A stretch of 63,521 nt of DNA, counting the filler, from Octopus bimaculoides (Eukaryota), in the NCBI RefSeq assembly GCF_001194135.2. It is 4 parts of 4 records of this genome, joined end to end, with 100 filler letters (N's around TTAATTAATTAA, not from the genome) between each part and the next. Parts side by side here need not be neighbours in the genome. Positions count along the whole stretch, not along the records: positions 12,632 to 41,791 come from NC_068986.1; 3 more parts are not named here. One strand, given 5' to 3'. Of this stretch, positions 13,254 to 27,564 are shown in pieces. The notes beneath the pieces are model-generated. The model was not told the DNA's origin. It searched no databases and was given only the letters and a program-made list of their open reading frames with translations. A program made the translations under genes and the position numbers. The stretch's first letter is position 1. Each line of letters opens with the position of its first letter.

Positions 13254-13430
13254 TCATTTAACTCACGTTTTCCGTGCCTGCATAACTTAAACAGTTAGAC
13301 AAGAATTGGGGATCAAGAGGAATGCATCGCGTGACAATGTCGCTTTTGACATGGTTTCTATGATTCTATGCTCTTCCTAATTTCGGCCACCTTACAGAGT
13401 ATTCTGGGTGTTATTTACGTGGCTCTAGTA
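13254..13430 (-). mobile_element. Family D repeat, diverged copy
   Basis: CATCATCAATCATTTAACTCACGTTTTCCGTGCCTGCAT... and ATGCTCTTCCTAATTTCGGCCAC resemble 7945-8160. Confidence 0.45.
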
Positions 13431-14334
13431 CCATTCAGCGCACAAAATGTCCTCTTTTTAAATATATATCAGTCTTAAACTGTTAGAAAATTTTATAAAA
13501 TATTATGTACAAAATATTTAGCAGCTACGGATAGAGTATAACGTATTTATATATCGTAAATGAATATTTGTTTAGATATATCTAGCTGACACATTACCTA
13601 TTTATTGGAGAAATAACTAGCCAAAAGTTCATGTTAAATGCTCATAAATAAATCAATGCTTTATATTTGCATGTAATTTTATTTCAATAAACAAATAATT
13701 TTCTGTAAAATAAGATTTCCCCACCATAACTGTCCACACTATTTGCCGCAATAGCCTATATGTTAATAACCTACGAAAATACATCAGTCGAAAGAAGGAT
13801 ATTATGAATTTATAATGAATCATCAGCTTGTTTTTAAAAATCGGTCAGTAATGTGAGAAATAATCATTTGAAATAAAATAGTGTGTATCTAGTTACATAT
13901 TTGACTATGAAGGTATAAATTTTATTTACATTGAGCTTTGGGCAAAAATGAGGTTCACGAAATTCATTTCGGATAACAGATTTTCAATGTATGCTAGTTC
14001 AAGACGCCATATTTTCTAAGTATACTCAGTAACTAATACTAGTGACACCTATTGGATTCTCAAATTGCTTTCCCTCGTGCTGTATATTTAATATTTGTGG
14101 GTTAACGAGATAACCAATGGTTTCATGTGAGGGGATTTTCACAATTGTTCGAAAGTGACACAAAGAAGTGTTGGTATTCGTCACATGCATACGAATACCA
14201 ATACACCATGAACTCATCGGTTAATTTTTGAACTAATTGATAAAGTACATGTACGTATATATATATACGTGTATGTATGTATGTATGTATGTATGTATAT
14301 ATATGGTGAGAATTTACAAAAAAAGCAAAAGACA

Positions 14335-14460
14335 AAGACGGGTGTGTAAACAACACACAGATGTATTAGTTTAACGCTCGGGAGTGAAAAAGTATTTTAC
14401 GTTTCGAGCCTACGCTGTTCGGCAGAAAGGAACACAGAAAGAAACAGAGAGAGAAAAGAG
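14335..14460 (-). mobile_element. Penelope-like terminal repeat with hammerhead-like motif (copy 3, diverged)
   Basis: GATGTATTAGTTTAACGCTCGGGA...TACGTTTCGAGCCTACGCTGTTCGGCAGAAAG aligns by eye with 6440-6540. The minus strand reads CCUUU CUGCCGA A CAGC guag GCUC GAAAC GUA. Confidence 0.55.
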
Positions 14461-14505
<45 letters not shown>

Positions 14506-15313
14506 TGTGTGTGTGTGTGTTTATACGCGTGCATCCATCTTCGCTCAAAGTAAGTGAATGTGACGTGGGAATAGAATCGATCGGCACCTTCTCACCTTCT
14601 CCATACTCTCCCATGACAAACAACTGTCGTGGGACATTCCAGCTAGATTCCGAAGTATGCCTAAATGAGAGTAATGATTTAATCCAACCCAAAAAGTGAT
14701 GCAGCAAAAAACATTTAGCATTCGAGATTCACTATTGTATGTGATGTATTTCATCCGTAACTTTTTCCATCATTGGGTTACGGTCAAATTGGGACAGCAC
14801 GTCAAAGTATCCTAGACTGCAGATCTTATGTCGGATAAAATAAACGTACTAATTCCATCTGTTGTTATCACTGAACAGCGAAGTTAGGGAGATGCAAGCA
14901 ACCCAGCACTAATTGCTAGGTGGTATGCGGGTATATACATTGGCATAATGAAACACGTATGCACACACATACACACAAACTCCCATATCACTTCTGCTTG
15001 TACGTTACCATTGATGTTGTTACACTTGTACAGATTCACTTGAAATTTGTTGCCATCACTTGTGTTTGTTACGTGAAGTAGGCTCTTGTGGGATTGCAGA
15101 GTATAGACGGTCCATATGACTTTCAGACACCCTCTCCATTCTCTTTGGACAACACGTTGCAAAACCAGAACCTATTGCATTATCTGGTCCCGAATCAAGA
15201 TGGTGGGCATGAAAATGTTGGCGTAAATCAATAAGTCCTTGTTCGGATATTATCAAAAATTCCGTTAACAAATATTAGTGCAAATCATTTCAAGATATTC
15301 TTTTCTACATAGA

Positions 15314-15415
15314 CACAAGGCACGAAATTTTGGATTAGATCGACCCCCAGTACGCAACTGGTAATTAATTTATTGACCGCGAAAGGATGAAAGGCAAAGT
15401 CGACCTTGGCGGAAT
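15314..15415 (-). mobile_element. SINE family B, 3' fragment
   Basis: TCGACCCCCAGTACGCAACTGGTA...GAAAGGATGAAAGGCAAAGTCGACCTTGGCGGAAT. Confidence 0.75.
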
Positions 15416-17769
15416 AATGTTGTCAATATATTGCTGGCATAATTTTCTTCCTATCATTCCCGTTCTCCCGCTAGTAAGAAGTTTTACTTGTTACAAAAAC
15501 CCTGTAGCCTTCCTGTTGCATTTAAGAAATCTTTGTGTAGCGCAATTAGTTTGCATCAAGATTTTGCCATTAATGTTACATTAATCAATGAAAAGAATTG
15601 GGAGCAATAATCTGGACGGCTGAGGACAAATATTGCCCAGAGGAACAACAATTTCTCTCCTTTTCATCTGAAAAGTCTTCGAATGCATTCAGCAAGTTCT
15701 CAATATTTTATTGCTTGTTTAGTAAGAAGCCTATGAAAATAATACATCAGCACATATGAAGGTCCAGGTTACGTACGGATTACAGTACTTCCGTACGCAT
15801 TTTATTTTACATACGTTGCATTTAAGACTGTGTATTGATAGAGGAAAGCTTTGAGGCTTTCAACTTTAAATTACATATAGTTTTCGTCCCAAAATTTTTG
15901 ATGGAGCGTTTATTGATCTTCTATCTACAGAATGGTTTATTGCGCGTTATATCTTGTATCGTGTGCGTAGCTAATAAGTATTGGTATATATCTTTTCTGC
16001 ATATACACATACACATACACACACACATTATAGTGTCATAAGAACAAAATATAATCACCCTAGATATTTTCGCCAAGAAGGCAACCATTCCTGCGGATAT
16101 ATCTAATTTGACATTTCAATATTTCACCTTATTATGTAGCCTCGTGTTACTTATTTCAGCATATTTATCGAAACCTACACAACAATCTCCAAAAAGGGCA
16201 CGAAGCATTTTATTTAGAATTCACAAGGTCAATTAACCCAAATGCCACCCGATTCGGAATGGATTCTGCTGGTTCATAAATGTGAATTCTACGTATATCA
16301 CATGAATGAAACGAATGTTTGCTACAAATATATATATATATATATATANNNNNNNNNNNNNNNNNNNNNNNNNNNNNNNNNNNNNNNNNNNNNNNNNNNN
16401 NNNNNNNNNNNNNNNNNNNNNNNNNNNNNNNNNNNNNNNNNNNNNNNNNNNNNNNNNNNNNNNNNNNNNNNNNNNNNNNNNNNNNNNNNNNNNNNNNNNN
16501 NNNNNNNNNNNNNNNNNNNNNNNNNNNNNNNNNNNNNNNNNNNNNNNNNNNNNNNNNNNNNNNNNNNNNNNNNNNNNNNNNNNNNNNNNNNNNNNNNNNN
16601 NNNNNNNNNNNNNNNNNNNNNNNNNNNNNNNNNNNNNNNNNNNNNNNNNNNNNNNNNNNNNNNNNNNNNNNNNNNNNNNNNNNNNNNNNNNNNNNNNNNN
16701 NNNNNNNNNNNNNNNNNNNNNNNNNNNNNNNNNNNNNNNNNNNNNNNNNNNNNNNNNNNNNNNNNNNNNNNNNNATATATATATACATATGCATAATCAT
16801 AATGATAATAATAAAACTATTTTGGGTCTATCTCCACTATTTTCGTCTCATTTTCTATTTGAAAAATTTGGTAATTAACCATCCAGAATTTGGTCCAGAA
16901 AAACATTCCTTGTCCCTTTGTATGAGGCACTATTGATTAGTTTCAATTCCATTTTAATTTAGTTGAAGATTTTTTTATCTGATCTTCAAATAGATCTGAC
17001 GGCGTTTCTTCCATTCTTCCGGGATTCGAGTTTAAAAATAGTTATATTCAATAACTATATTCGTTATGAATTCTATGAAAACCAAATTACCAAATCATTT
17101 GCAGATTTGAACCCCCTACCCCAAAACAGAAATATACAAATTGAAAATATCAAAAAAATATTACAAGTAAAATTTATAAAGAATTAGAAATAGAAAAGCT
17201 GTTACGAAAATAAAAATATAATTGTGTTAATTACATTATTTTTTACATCAAATTTTATTTTATTTTAAATTCTTTTCTCAAATATAGCACACATTTTTCT
17301 TTTCTCTCTTTCTATGTTGTCTGTTTGTGAAAATTTTCAACTATTCTGCAGAGTGGTTTCATGATAAGTTTGTAGCTGTTGAATAAAATTAATGCCCCAA
17401 ACACGTATTTCACTTGCAGATGTGCACGTTTGAAATTTTTCAATGTTTTATTCCAAAATCTGATTTATTAATTAAACATGTTTCCTTGGATTTATAAAGC
17501 CAAAGAACAATATAAAATTTAACATTATTTGCCAATGATTTAAATAAAATGAAAACCGAAGCAACGTTCGGCAATAATTTGCTAGAAATGGCTGTGAGAT
17601 TTTATTTTCTTCATGCCAAATAACATTAAGGGCAATGAAGAATTATAAAGATGGTTATATTTGAGAAGTTTGGCGTCTGACACCTAGCCGACCTTCGAGT
17701 AAATAAGGGTTTTCTTGGATAACAATAAATAAATAAATTCTAACCTTGTCTTTGAAATTATGAACCGAA

Positions 17770-18007
17770 TTCGTTTCGATACTTTGGACATTTGACTACG
17801 GCCATGCTGCATGGGGCATCACCTCGATGGGTTTTATTGAAAGAAATCGACCTCAGGGCATTATTTTATTAAAGCTATGTAATTATTCTTTCGGTCGATT
17901 GTGCCGAATCGCTGGGCACGTGGACGTAAACACAACACTGGTTGTCAAGCAGTGATGGGAGACAAACATAGGCACAAAGACACACACATAGATATATACA
18001 CACACAC

Positions 18008-18010
<3 letters not shown>
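17770..18010 (-). mobile_element. SINE family A, 3' part (diverged; internal microsatellite runs into gap)
   Basis: GACTACGGCCATGCTG...GGACGTAAACACAACACTGGTTGTCAAGC...GACAAACA. Confidence 0.7.
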
Positions 18011-18039
<29 letters not shown>

Positions 18040-18431
18040 NNNNNNNNNNNNNNNNNNNNNNNNNNNNNNNNNNNNNNNNNNNNNNNNNNNNNNNNNNNNN
18101 NNNNNNNNNNNNNNNNNNNNNNNNNNNNNNNNNNNNNNNNNNNNNNNNNNNNNNNNNNNNNNNNNNNNNNNNNNNNNNNNNNNNNNNNNNNNNNNNNNNN
18201 NNNNNNNNNNNNNNNNNNNNNNNNNNNNNNNNNNNNNNNNNNNNNNNNNNNNNNNNNNNNNNNNNNNNNNNNNNNNNNNNNNNNNNNNNNNNNNNNNNNN
18301 NNNNNNNNNNNNNNNNNNNNNNNNNNNNNNNNNNNNNNNNNNNNNNNNNNNNNNNNNNNNNNNNNNNNNNNNNATATATATAAATATATATATATATATA
18401 TGTGTGTCAATGTATGTGTGCGTGTGTGTGT

Positions 18432-18580
18432 GTATAAGAGACCGTTAGAATAACTACTAGGCTTTAGAAAAAAATAGAAGAACGTAGATCTTGGGGTTGA
18501 TTTCTTCCAGTCAATCCCTTTAAGGTGATGCTCCAGTATGTCTGCAATAAAATGACGGAAACAAGTAAAAAGGTGAAGGA
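18432..18580 (+). mobile_element. SINE family A, 3' fragment
   Basis: AGAGACCGTTAGAATAACTACTAGGCTT...TGCTCCAGTATG...ATGACGGAAACAAGTAAAA. Confidence 0.7.
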
Positions 18581-18878
18581 TAAAAATGTATACGCACACA
18601 TATATAGTAACTATAACGAATCAAATGCATGTTTGTTCTGACAGAAGCATGAAACGAAAATTTATTGTAGGGACAGAGTGATGGACAGAGCATTTCCAAA
18701 TTTGAAGCGGCGTCGGTTCGTTCGAAAAGGCAACCGTACCAAATGATAAGTATAGTATAATTATGCGGAGAAAATCGCACACAATTACACTCGTTCCCAG
18801 ACATACAAAAACACACTTGTACAAATGATATAAATATACATATATCGAGGGATACACATGTACATATGAATATATGTA

Positions 18879-18911
<33 letters not shown>

Positions 18912-20104
18912 NNNNNNNNNNNNNNNNNNNNNNNNNNNNNNNNNNNNNNNNNNNNNNNNNNNNNNNNNNNNNNNNNNNNNNNNNNNNNNNNNNNNNNNNN
19001 NNNNNNNNNNNNNNNNNNNNNNNNNNNNNNNNNNNNNNNNNNNNNNNNNNNNNNNNNNNNNNNNNNNNNNNNNNNNNNNNNNNNNNNNNNNNNNNNNNNN
19101 NNNNNNNNNNNNNNNNNNNNNNNNNNNNNNNNNNNNNNNNNNNNNNNNNNNNNNNNNNNNNNNNNNNNNNNNNNNNNNNNNNNNNNNNNNNNNNNNNNNN
19201 NNNNNNNNNNNNNNNNNNNNNNNNNNNNNNNNNNNNNNNNNNNNNNNNACGCACACAACCCCCGAGTATGTGTGCAGTTGTATGTAAATGCTTCCTGAGT
19301 GATTTTGTGAATTTACCCTCATATATTATTCCAGATGTTCTAGTCTCTGTGACTCTCTTCTTTTTTTCTCACGTGCATACACACGTCACACATACAAACA
19401 CACACGTATATGCATACACACACCTTTGTAAACTCTGTTTGATGATGGACAGTGTAGAGCCGCAGGTAAAACCATTACACGCACTAATAGCCATTACCAT
19501 TCCTTGTCCGATCATTGCCTGTTTCCTGGCGATAGAATTTCATAATTCACCTAGCACTGGCTTCCACAACCTTACAGATTAATGGCAAAAGAATAGCAAC
19601 CGGGAAACCGAGCTCTAAGAATACACATTGCCATGTTTAGTGATCTATTCCAGCTGTCTTGCAGAATACTATATTCCTCTTTAAACCAATCGCCTTGTTT
19701 CGGGAAATTAATCACTATTATTTCGCGGAGCTCTACTCACAAAGCTTAAAAACCGGAAGAGACCATTCTGATAAAATTTCGCTGCGAATAAAGAATAGAG
19801 AAAGAAATAGAAGTTAGCAGTTAATGGCACAGAAAATTAATTGTACAGTGTGAGAGTTCAGAAAATTACTCTAAATTTAGCTGTGTGCATATCAAATCTT
19901 CTATATGACGAATCCTGGAGATGTGTAGCGCAGTTGCAAAGTTTCAATGAGGGGAAGAATTACTTTCCAATATACATTTATATATATATATATATATATA
20001 TATAACTATGACTTACTACGGTGTCAATCTTTTGTATATTTTTATGAATGTCTATAAAGCAAAATTAATTTCTTTTCTCTGCTGTGTTTCCACGATCTTA
20101 TGTA

Positions 20105-20157
<53 letters not shown>

Positions 20158-21439
20158 ATATTACATGAATAAATATATATCTAGATGTAGATATCTCTAA
20201 CTATCCACATCTCTAAATGTTTCTTCTCTCTTTACACACACAAATAGATTTACATACACTTATATGTAAAGGGAAACGACAATAGAAAATGAAGAAATGG
20301 CTAAAAGAGGTGTACACACACACACACACAAACATATGTGTATGTATGTATGTATTTACATATACGTTTATCATACAAGGATAAAAGGACACTCACGATT
20401 TGATTGAGCAGCGTAAAATGACGCAGTATGCTCAAGAAGACTACGCATCGACGGGTCCAAAATTCGAAACTCTAATCTTCCGACTATAAATGCTGCATCT
20501 TAAGTCACCTAACCAACACGAAAGTACGGACACACACACACACACACACTCACACAAGTATAAATGACAGCGCTTTAGCTGACGGAAACTTTGAAATTGC
20601 TCTCAACATGTTTCTGAATTCAGAATAAATTTGTACTCTACAAAAGCATAGAGTAACCCATTAGATTTTCTATCTGTACACAAAACAAACATACATATGC
20701 TAGCCAACTTTATATATACATATATATATATACCGACGTAAGCACATAAATGTGAAACAATGTGGGAAAAAAGAGTACTCAAATACCTGAAGTAGAGTAA
20801 TATGCTCTATTAAAAGCAGCAGCGGATGCATAAAATCCAGGTAACATATGTTTCGCAGGCAGGGGCAAACCTGGAAATAAAAATCATCCAAAACGAGGAG
20901 TATTCCACTAGCTCCTCATAGGGCCTAAGGTACCTCAATCAAAATAATTAGCTAGATTACCACTCGTTTGTATAATTACTACGTCCGAGGTACCGCTAAG
21001 GGTTACGGTATGGTTTATGCAGAGTACAAGTTTATTATTCTGTAAAAGAATAGAATTGACAGCTCGAAGTTTCGGCCATCGAATCCAACATAGGGCTCCG
21101 GTATATTTGAGTTCTTTTTTTTTATCTTTTTAGTCTCCATTAAATTCTACACACTTTGTACATTTATAAAGAAGTATATATATCCATCTATTCCTATAAT
21201 CTTTCTTCTTTTATTCTTAAACCCGTTTCAGTTATTCAAGAATTATGTATCACACATATTATGTCACACCATCTCTATATAAAATGCATCGTACAATTAA
21301 ATAAATATCTGATCTGAAAATTCAGTTGGAATTATGATATTTATTCGTCGAATTTTACAGATTTTTGTAGAAACAGTTAATTCTCCAGAACAGAATAAAA
21401 AGTAAAGAAGAGAATGCGCAAGGTTATCCATATGACCAC

Positions 21440-22220
21440 CCGTCTTCAAAGAGTTCAGTCCATATCCGGAATATTTGATGTCTTTTCTTAGTGTATTCTT
21501 TTATTCTCTATTCTTTGATGCCATGGATACTAATCCATTTTAGTGTCGGAGGTGGTCTCGGCAATGTGTGGTTTGTGCAGAAAGTGAATTGTTCTTGAAG
21601 AGCTTCTGATGCTTCTTTCAACGGTAATATTTGAGTCGTGTCGTTTTGACCAGATTCGCTTTAGGTATAAACCTTAGGTGTCCCCTTTGAAGTTTCCCTA
21701 ACAATTATTTGCGCACTATATGATGCTGAAGTATATTCTCCTTTCGGATGTTGCAGCAGACGGGGATCCCTTCTTACGGTTCAAATATGTCCATGACTTC
21801 TTGTAAGATTCTCTAACAGCTTTTTGACAGACGGGTCACATCACGAATAATTTTTTTTTGTTTATCAGTCTCAGCTAGAGAGTTACCGCCAAGCTGGTGC
21901 ACGGCCAAGCTGGTGCACGGCCGTTAGCTTTGTAACACTTTCACTACTTGACAGCTCCTCTGACGTGTAACATTTGGCGAATGAAGTAGTTTCAAGTCTA
22001 TTTCCCCTCATCAGCGTTTCTTGCAGTGAGATAGGTTCATCTGGATCTCTTGAGAGGAGGAGAACGAGTATTGTTTTGACGACACCTCCAGTCGCGCGAT
22101 GTAGATCTTTCAGGCTTTGGCTGAGGATATTGAAGGGATGTGGGTACTTGAAACGCAAGCTGTTGCAGTATCTAGTCAATATGAAGTGTTGCCCGCCTCT
22201 GCTGTTTCTCTATCTTTCCT
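21440..22220 (-). pseudogene. Degenerate coding-like relic, possibly a retroelement ORF1
   Basis: GC-richer island. A minus frame of about 140 codons with several stops (RILQEVMDIFEP*EGIPVCC...LPRPPPTLKWISIHGIKE*RIKEY). No diagnostic motif. Confidence 0.25.
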
Positions 22221-22974
22221 GATTCCCGAGATTACTGAATAAGCAATCATCTGTGTTGCAAATAAACGCCCACTTGAATATAAATTCATTATATTTGTCA
22301 AAAGCAGTTTTAGTTTAAAAAGGAAAAAAAAAAAAAAACACTTCATGATAAACGTACGTACATCATGTTAAGAAAATCTTATTGCGGTATTCATATTCTA
22401 TCTCGTATGTACGGTCTGTGTTTAAAAACAAACTGTTCATATATCATAGAGAGACAGACAGATAGAAGTCATCTCTTAAGCACCGAACAAGAAAATCAGA
22501 TGCTATTTGGCAGAAGCCAGACNNNNNNNNNNNNNNNNNNNNNNNNNNNNNNNNNNNNNNNNNNNNNNNNNNNNNNNNNNNNNNNNNNNNNNNNNNNNNN
22601 NNNNNNNNNNNNNNNNNNNNNNNNNNNNNNNNNNNNNNNNNNNNNNNNNNNNNNNNNNNNNNNNNNNNNNNNNNNNNNNNNNNNNNNNNNNNNNNNNNNN
22701 NNNNNNNNNNNNNNNNNNNNNNNNNNNNNNNNNNNNNNNNNNNNNNNNNNNNNNNNNNNNNNNNNNNNNNNNNNNNNNNNNNNNNNNNNNNNNNNNNNNN
22801 NNNNNNATACACACATACACACACACACACACACACACATGCTTTAATTCACACGTCATTCATAATATCAGGCCCTTTGTCTCAGTGATTCTATATCCTA
22901 TTAAGTAAAATCTCGGCATATTTGCTCCTGTAAGGGAAAAACTCTATTTTTAAACTTTCGTCTTACATTTCTTT

Positions 22975-23340
22975 CAGCCATTAGACTATGGCCATACTAA
23001 GGGACCATATTGAATAATTTTTGATCTAATGATTCAACCCCAGGTCTTCCAAAAGTGACAAAACCGCAAACACACCATTAGCGGGTGTCAAGTGATACAT
23101 GTGGACAGGCACAGGCTCAGTCACACAGTCGCACACATGCACACACACACACACACACACGTATGCGCACGCACACACATACACATATACGGCGGATTTC
23201 CTTCGGTTCCCGCTTACCAAATTCATTGAAAAGGCTTTGGCAGACACAAAGCTAGTAGAAGACACTTGCCCAAGGTAGCAGGCAAAGCGACTGAACTCAG
23301 AATCATGTGATTGGGAAGCATACTTCTTATCGTTTACAGG
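22975..23340 (-). mobile_element. SINE family A, old diverged copy
   Basis: CGCTTACCAAATTC...AAGGCTTTGG...AGTAGAAGACACTTGCCCAAGG...GACTGAACTCAGAATCATGTG; tail remnant at about 22980. Confidence 0.7.
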
Positions 23341-24496
23341 CGACTGTCCATAATTCAAACAATATTTTATATAATGCCATTGAAATTTCTGTATTCTTTT
23401 ATATATAAGATATATCGAAACCACCCCTATAAATTACTCGTTCTATGTTTCACCGTTCGTGCCATGCAAGCTGCAACGTCATTGCCATGTGATAACAATT
23501 CTTTCACCTTCAATTTTTCCATTAATATCTCCATTTTGCTATGTCAATTCCATTTATGGTGCAAACCATTTTGTATTAAGGTCACTAGATATCGCTATGC
23601 TTCTTTGTATCAGAAAAGGGATTGGTCTGTTGTACATGAGATGTGCAGAAGGAGGTGGTCATGTACAGACAGCAGATGGAGGATGAAAAGAAATCGATAA
23701 AAAGGAAGCAGCAAAAAATGGAAAGGAAGAAAATACTAAACAAATTACAGCAGAAACGAAACCAGAAAGAATCTGGTTATTTATTTTTGTGGCATCAGAA
23801 TTTCTTTTATTTGTTTCGTGTTACACACACATACAAACATCTATGTATGTGTCTGTAAATGTGTGCGTGTGTGCTTGGATACATGTATATGTACGTATGT
23901 ATATTTATATATATATATATATATNNNNNNNNNNNNNNNNNNNNNNNNNNNNNNNNNNNNNNNNNNNNNNNNNNNNNNNNNNNNNNNNNNNNNNNNNNNN
24001 NNNNNNNNNNNNNNNNNNNNNNNNNNNNNNNNNNNNNNNNNNNNNNNNNNNNNNNNNNNNNNNNNNNNNNNNNNNNNNNNNNNNNNNNNNNNNNNNNNNN
24101 NNNNNNNNNNNNNNNNNNNNNNNNNNNNNNNNNNNNNNNNNNNNNNNNNNNNNNNNNNNNNNNNNNNNNNNNNNNNNNNNNNNNNNNNNNNNNNNNNNNN
24201 NNNNNNNNNNNNNNNNNNNNNNNNNNNNNNNNNNNNNNNNNNNNNNNNNNNNNNNNNNNNNNNNNNNNNNNNNNNNNNNNNNNNNNNNNNNNNNNNNNNN
24301 NNNNNNNNNNNNNNNNNNNNNNNNNNNNNNNNNNNNNNNNNNNNNNNNNNNNNNNNNNNNNNNNNNNNNNNNNNNNNNNNNNNNNNNNNNNNNNNNNNNN
24401 NNNNNNNNNNNNNNNNNNNNNNNNNNNNNNNNNNNNNNNNNNNNNNNNNNNNNNNNNNNNNNNNNNNNNNNNNNNNNNNNNNNNNNNNNNNNNNNN

Positions 24497-24528
<32 letters not shown>

Positions 24529-26874
24529 TCACACATTCTCTCACACAGGTATATATTTGAATAAATTCTTTTTCTCAGAATATTGTAAAAAGAAAGTGAC
24601 ATATGTTCTATTTGATTCTCGTATTGTTTCTTTTTTTTTTTCTTTACCATTCTATTTTGTAGTGCATACTTCTTCGGCTAAACCTTTCCAAACTTCGTCT
24701 TTACCTTGTTTACCACTCTTCTATTTGACAATTTTCAATAATCCGATCAGTTTTTCGATTTTCCAAAGAAATGTTTGGCTTTGTTGATTTAAATAGCTTA
24801 CAGGTTTTTATTCACTATTTTCCTTTTCATACGCGTTATTCATCTTTTAAGAACCTTTTCCGACTTGGACACATTTTCAACTATTTTATTTTCCTCACAT
24901 ACTCCTGTCTTGTTTTTCACCAATTTTCTTTTTTTTTATTTTACTATATTTCAATTTTTCAATGAAATTTAAAATACTAAATAAAAGAAGTTGAGAAAAA
25001 ATTCAATCTTCTTTTCCATTAAAACTTTCTTTTCCGTACTATTTTAATCATCTTATTTTCTCACTGTTCCTTATCTCCTCCTCGGCGAAAGGGCATTGCT
25101 TTTCATGAAAACACGTCTTCAAACAAATATTCTGATTCGCTTCTGCGCATTCCTGTATTAAAGGCATTCGTACTTTTGCAACAATTTTAATTAAAATTGG
25201 CTACAGACCAATCACGTATAATTAACGCTGATTGATGTAGGAAGAATAATAAAAAGAAAAGAAAGTAGCACATAGACAAAAACAACGGTAAAATCCGGGC
25301 ATTTTATAGTATGATTCAATATGAAGGACATTTGTTAGGAGAAAACAATTGCAATCTTATTTATTACTTGAGAAAATATAGTTTCTTCAGCATTTATGTA
25401 GGACATGTTGAGACATAATCACTTGTATGTGGTTTTCTATGGCAGTATTCGGTTGTAATATCGGCTTTGTGAGTGCGTTGCAATTAGTAAATATTATAGA
25501 AAGGTTTCTCAATAATAATAATTATACAGAATCTAAAATACATAACGAAAGCAAGATATATTTACTATCAATCTGAACAAGCCGATTTATGAGGATCAAT
25601 TCTTCTCGCCGGAGATCAACAGCGATTGATGAGAAATGCAGAAATAATCTTCTGTATTTGATCACAATACTTATAGCTTCAGTAATTGAAATAAATTGTT
25701 CAATATTAGCTTGCATTTTATAAAAGTAATACAGAAACGTCATCGTAATTTTGACTTATGATATATCAAAGTAGTTATTCTATGAAAACCACTCAGTTTA
25801 TTGTAAAATATCCATTAGGAATATTGCATATATCATCAATATATTGTATAAATATCTCCAGCTTTGCTCCTCGTCTTTCAATGTCATGTTATTACTTGTC
25901 TAGTTTAGAAGAAGGAACAACAAACAATGCAAACACGTCTTGCCTCCTCCTACATCTTCTATCATTCTGATCTCTCACTCATTTTCTCTCTCCCCCCGCC
26001 ACCCCTCACTCACTCTCTCCTCTTGTAGAAATGTTTTCCACTCCTATATGTTTCAGTGATTTAACAATGAAACACACAAAAGACAGCAGCGGAAACCAAG
26101 TAAATATGACAATGTATTACAATCAGAAAATTATAGAAATGAAGCAAAAAAAAAACAAGAAAGAAAAAATAGCCATCATGGCTCCCACACGCCATCATTT
26201 GACCTGCTAGAAATAGCAGAGAAATTTTACTCAAATCCAGCCTAACCAAATACTAAACGGTAGAGTAAATGCTATTAAAATTGAAATGCACATAATAGGT
26301 TGTGTAAGGTCGTATGCATATATGTGTGTGCGTGCGTAATGTGTAAGTATGCGCGCGTGTGTGTGTGTTCATAAACACAAACTTATATTTGTTGAGAAGG
26401 AGAGGGAAAGAAAAACATGAAAGCACAAGGAAAGATACCTATATACATGTCTACATATGAAAATGTTGCAATGATATTATCAATTTTAAGCGAGTATAAG
26501 GAATAACACTAGAATATTTACTGATAGGCGGACTCAATGCTGATAAAAGAGTAGAATTCAGTAAAAATTCGGTTTTACTAGTGTTTTAGGCAGGCACTGT
26601 AGTACTTGGTGGCACTATTCTTTGGTTTTCCGTCCGTTGCTTAAAACGGCAGCAATTGTTTCGTTACTAAATTAGCCCTTTGTCGATATCATTAGAACAA
26701 ACATCCCAGAACAGGTTTTTCAGATGAGTACGCGTAAGCCGCAATCCGTGCTGTCGGACGCTCTGATATTTATATGAATCCATGGCCCAGGACTGACTGT
26801 TTGTATTTACTGCGAAACGAAGGTAACATATTTGAGCAGAAGAAAATACCGGTGGCATTATGCTTTATGTCTCA

Positions 26875-26960
26875 TCTTCTACAGGTTTCAGCCATTGTAT
26901 CTTGGCCATGCTGGGGCACCACCTTAAAGGATTTAGTCAAACGAATCGACTTCAGAACTA
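26875..26960 (-). mobile_element. SINE family A, 3' end fragment
   Basis: TTTCAGCCATT...GGCCATGCTGGGGCACCACCTT...TTAGTCAAACGAATCGAC. Confidence 0.6.
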
Positions 26961-27123
26961 ACCTTTAAGACGAGTATGTGTTCTGTCATTCTCTTTTGCC
27001 GAAATTTCATATTACGGGACCGTAAACAAACCAACGTCGGTCGTGTAGCGGTGAGGAAGAGAAAAAAACAAACATAAATGCACAAACAAATACACAAAAA
27101 TATATATATATACATAAACATCT

Positions 27124-27169
<46 letters not shown>

Positions 27170-27528
27170 AGGCGTTTATACATCCATACCTCTAAACGGT
27201 TATTTTTAATGCTTTCCTCTTTGGATTGCGTGTTTGTTTCTCTTTTTGTCATCTTTGATTTTATTTTTGATCTTCTTAAAAAAAATGGAGATATTTCATC
27301 AGTTTGGCTTCTTTTCTCTCTATAAAATGGACAGTTACATTGCGGAAGAGTTATTTTAACGAGATGTATTTATTTATCACCCGACGAGATACATCTGCAC
27401 CACCGGATGCTCCTGAACCAGTTGTTGAGTGTCCCAACCAAGAGGAATCGATGCTTGATGTGTCGAACCAATCGATTGTTGTGATTAATGATAAATTCAC
27501 ATATATTCCATCTTCTGCCTTTTATTGG

Positions 27529-27564
<36 letters not shown>

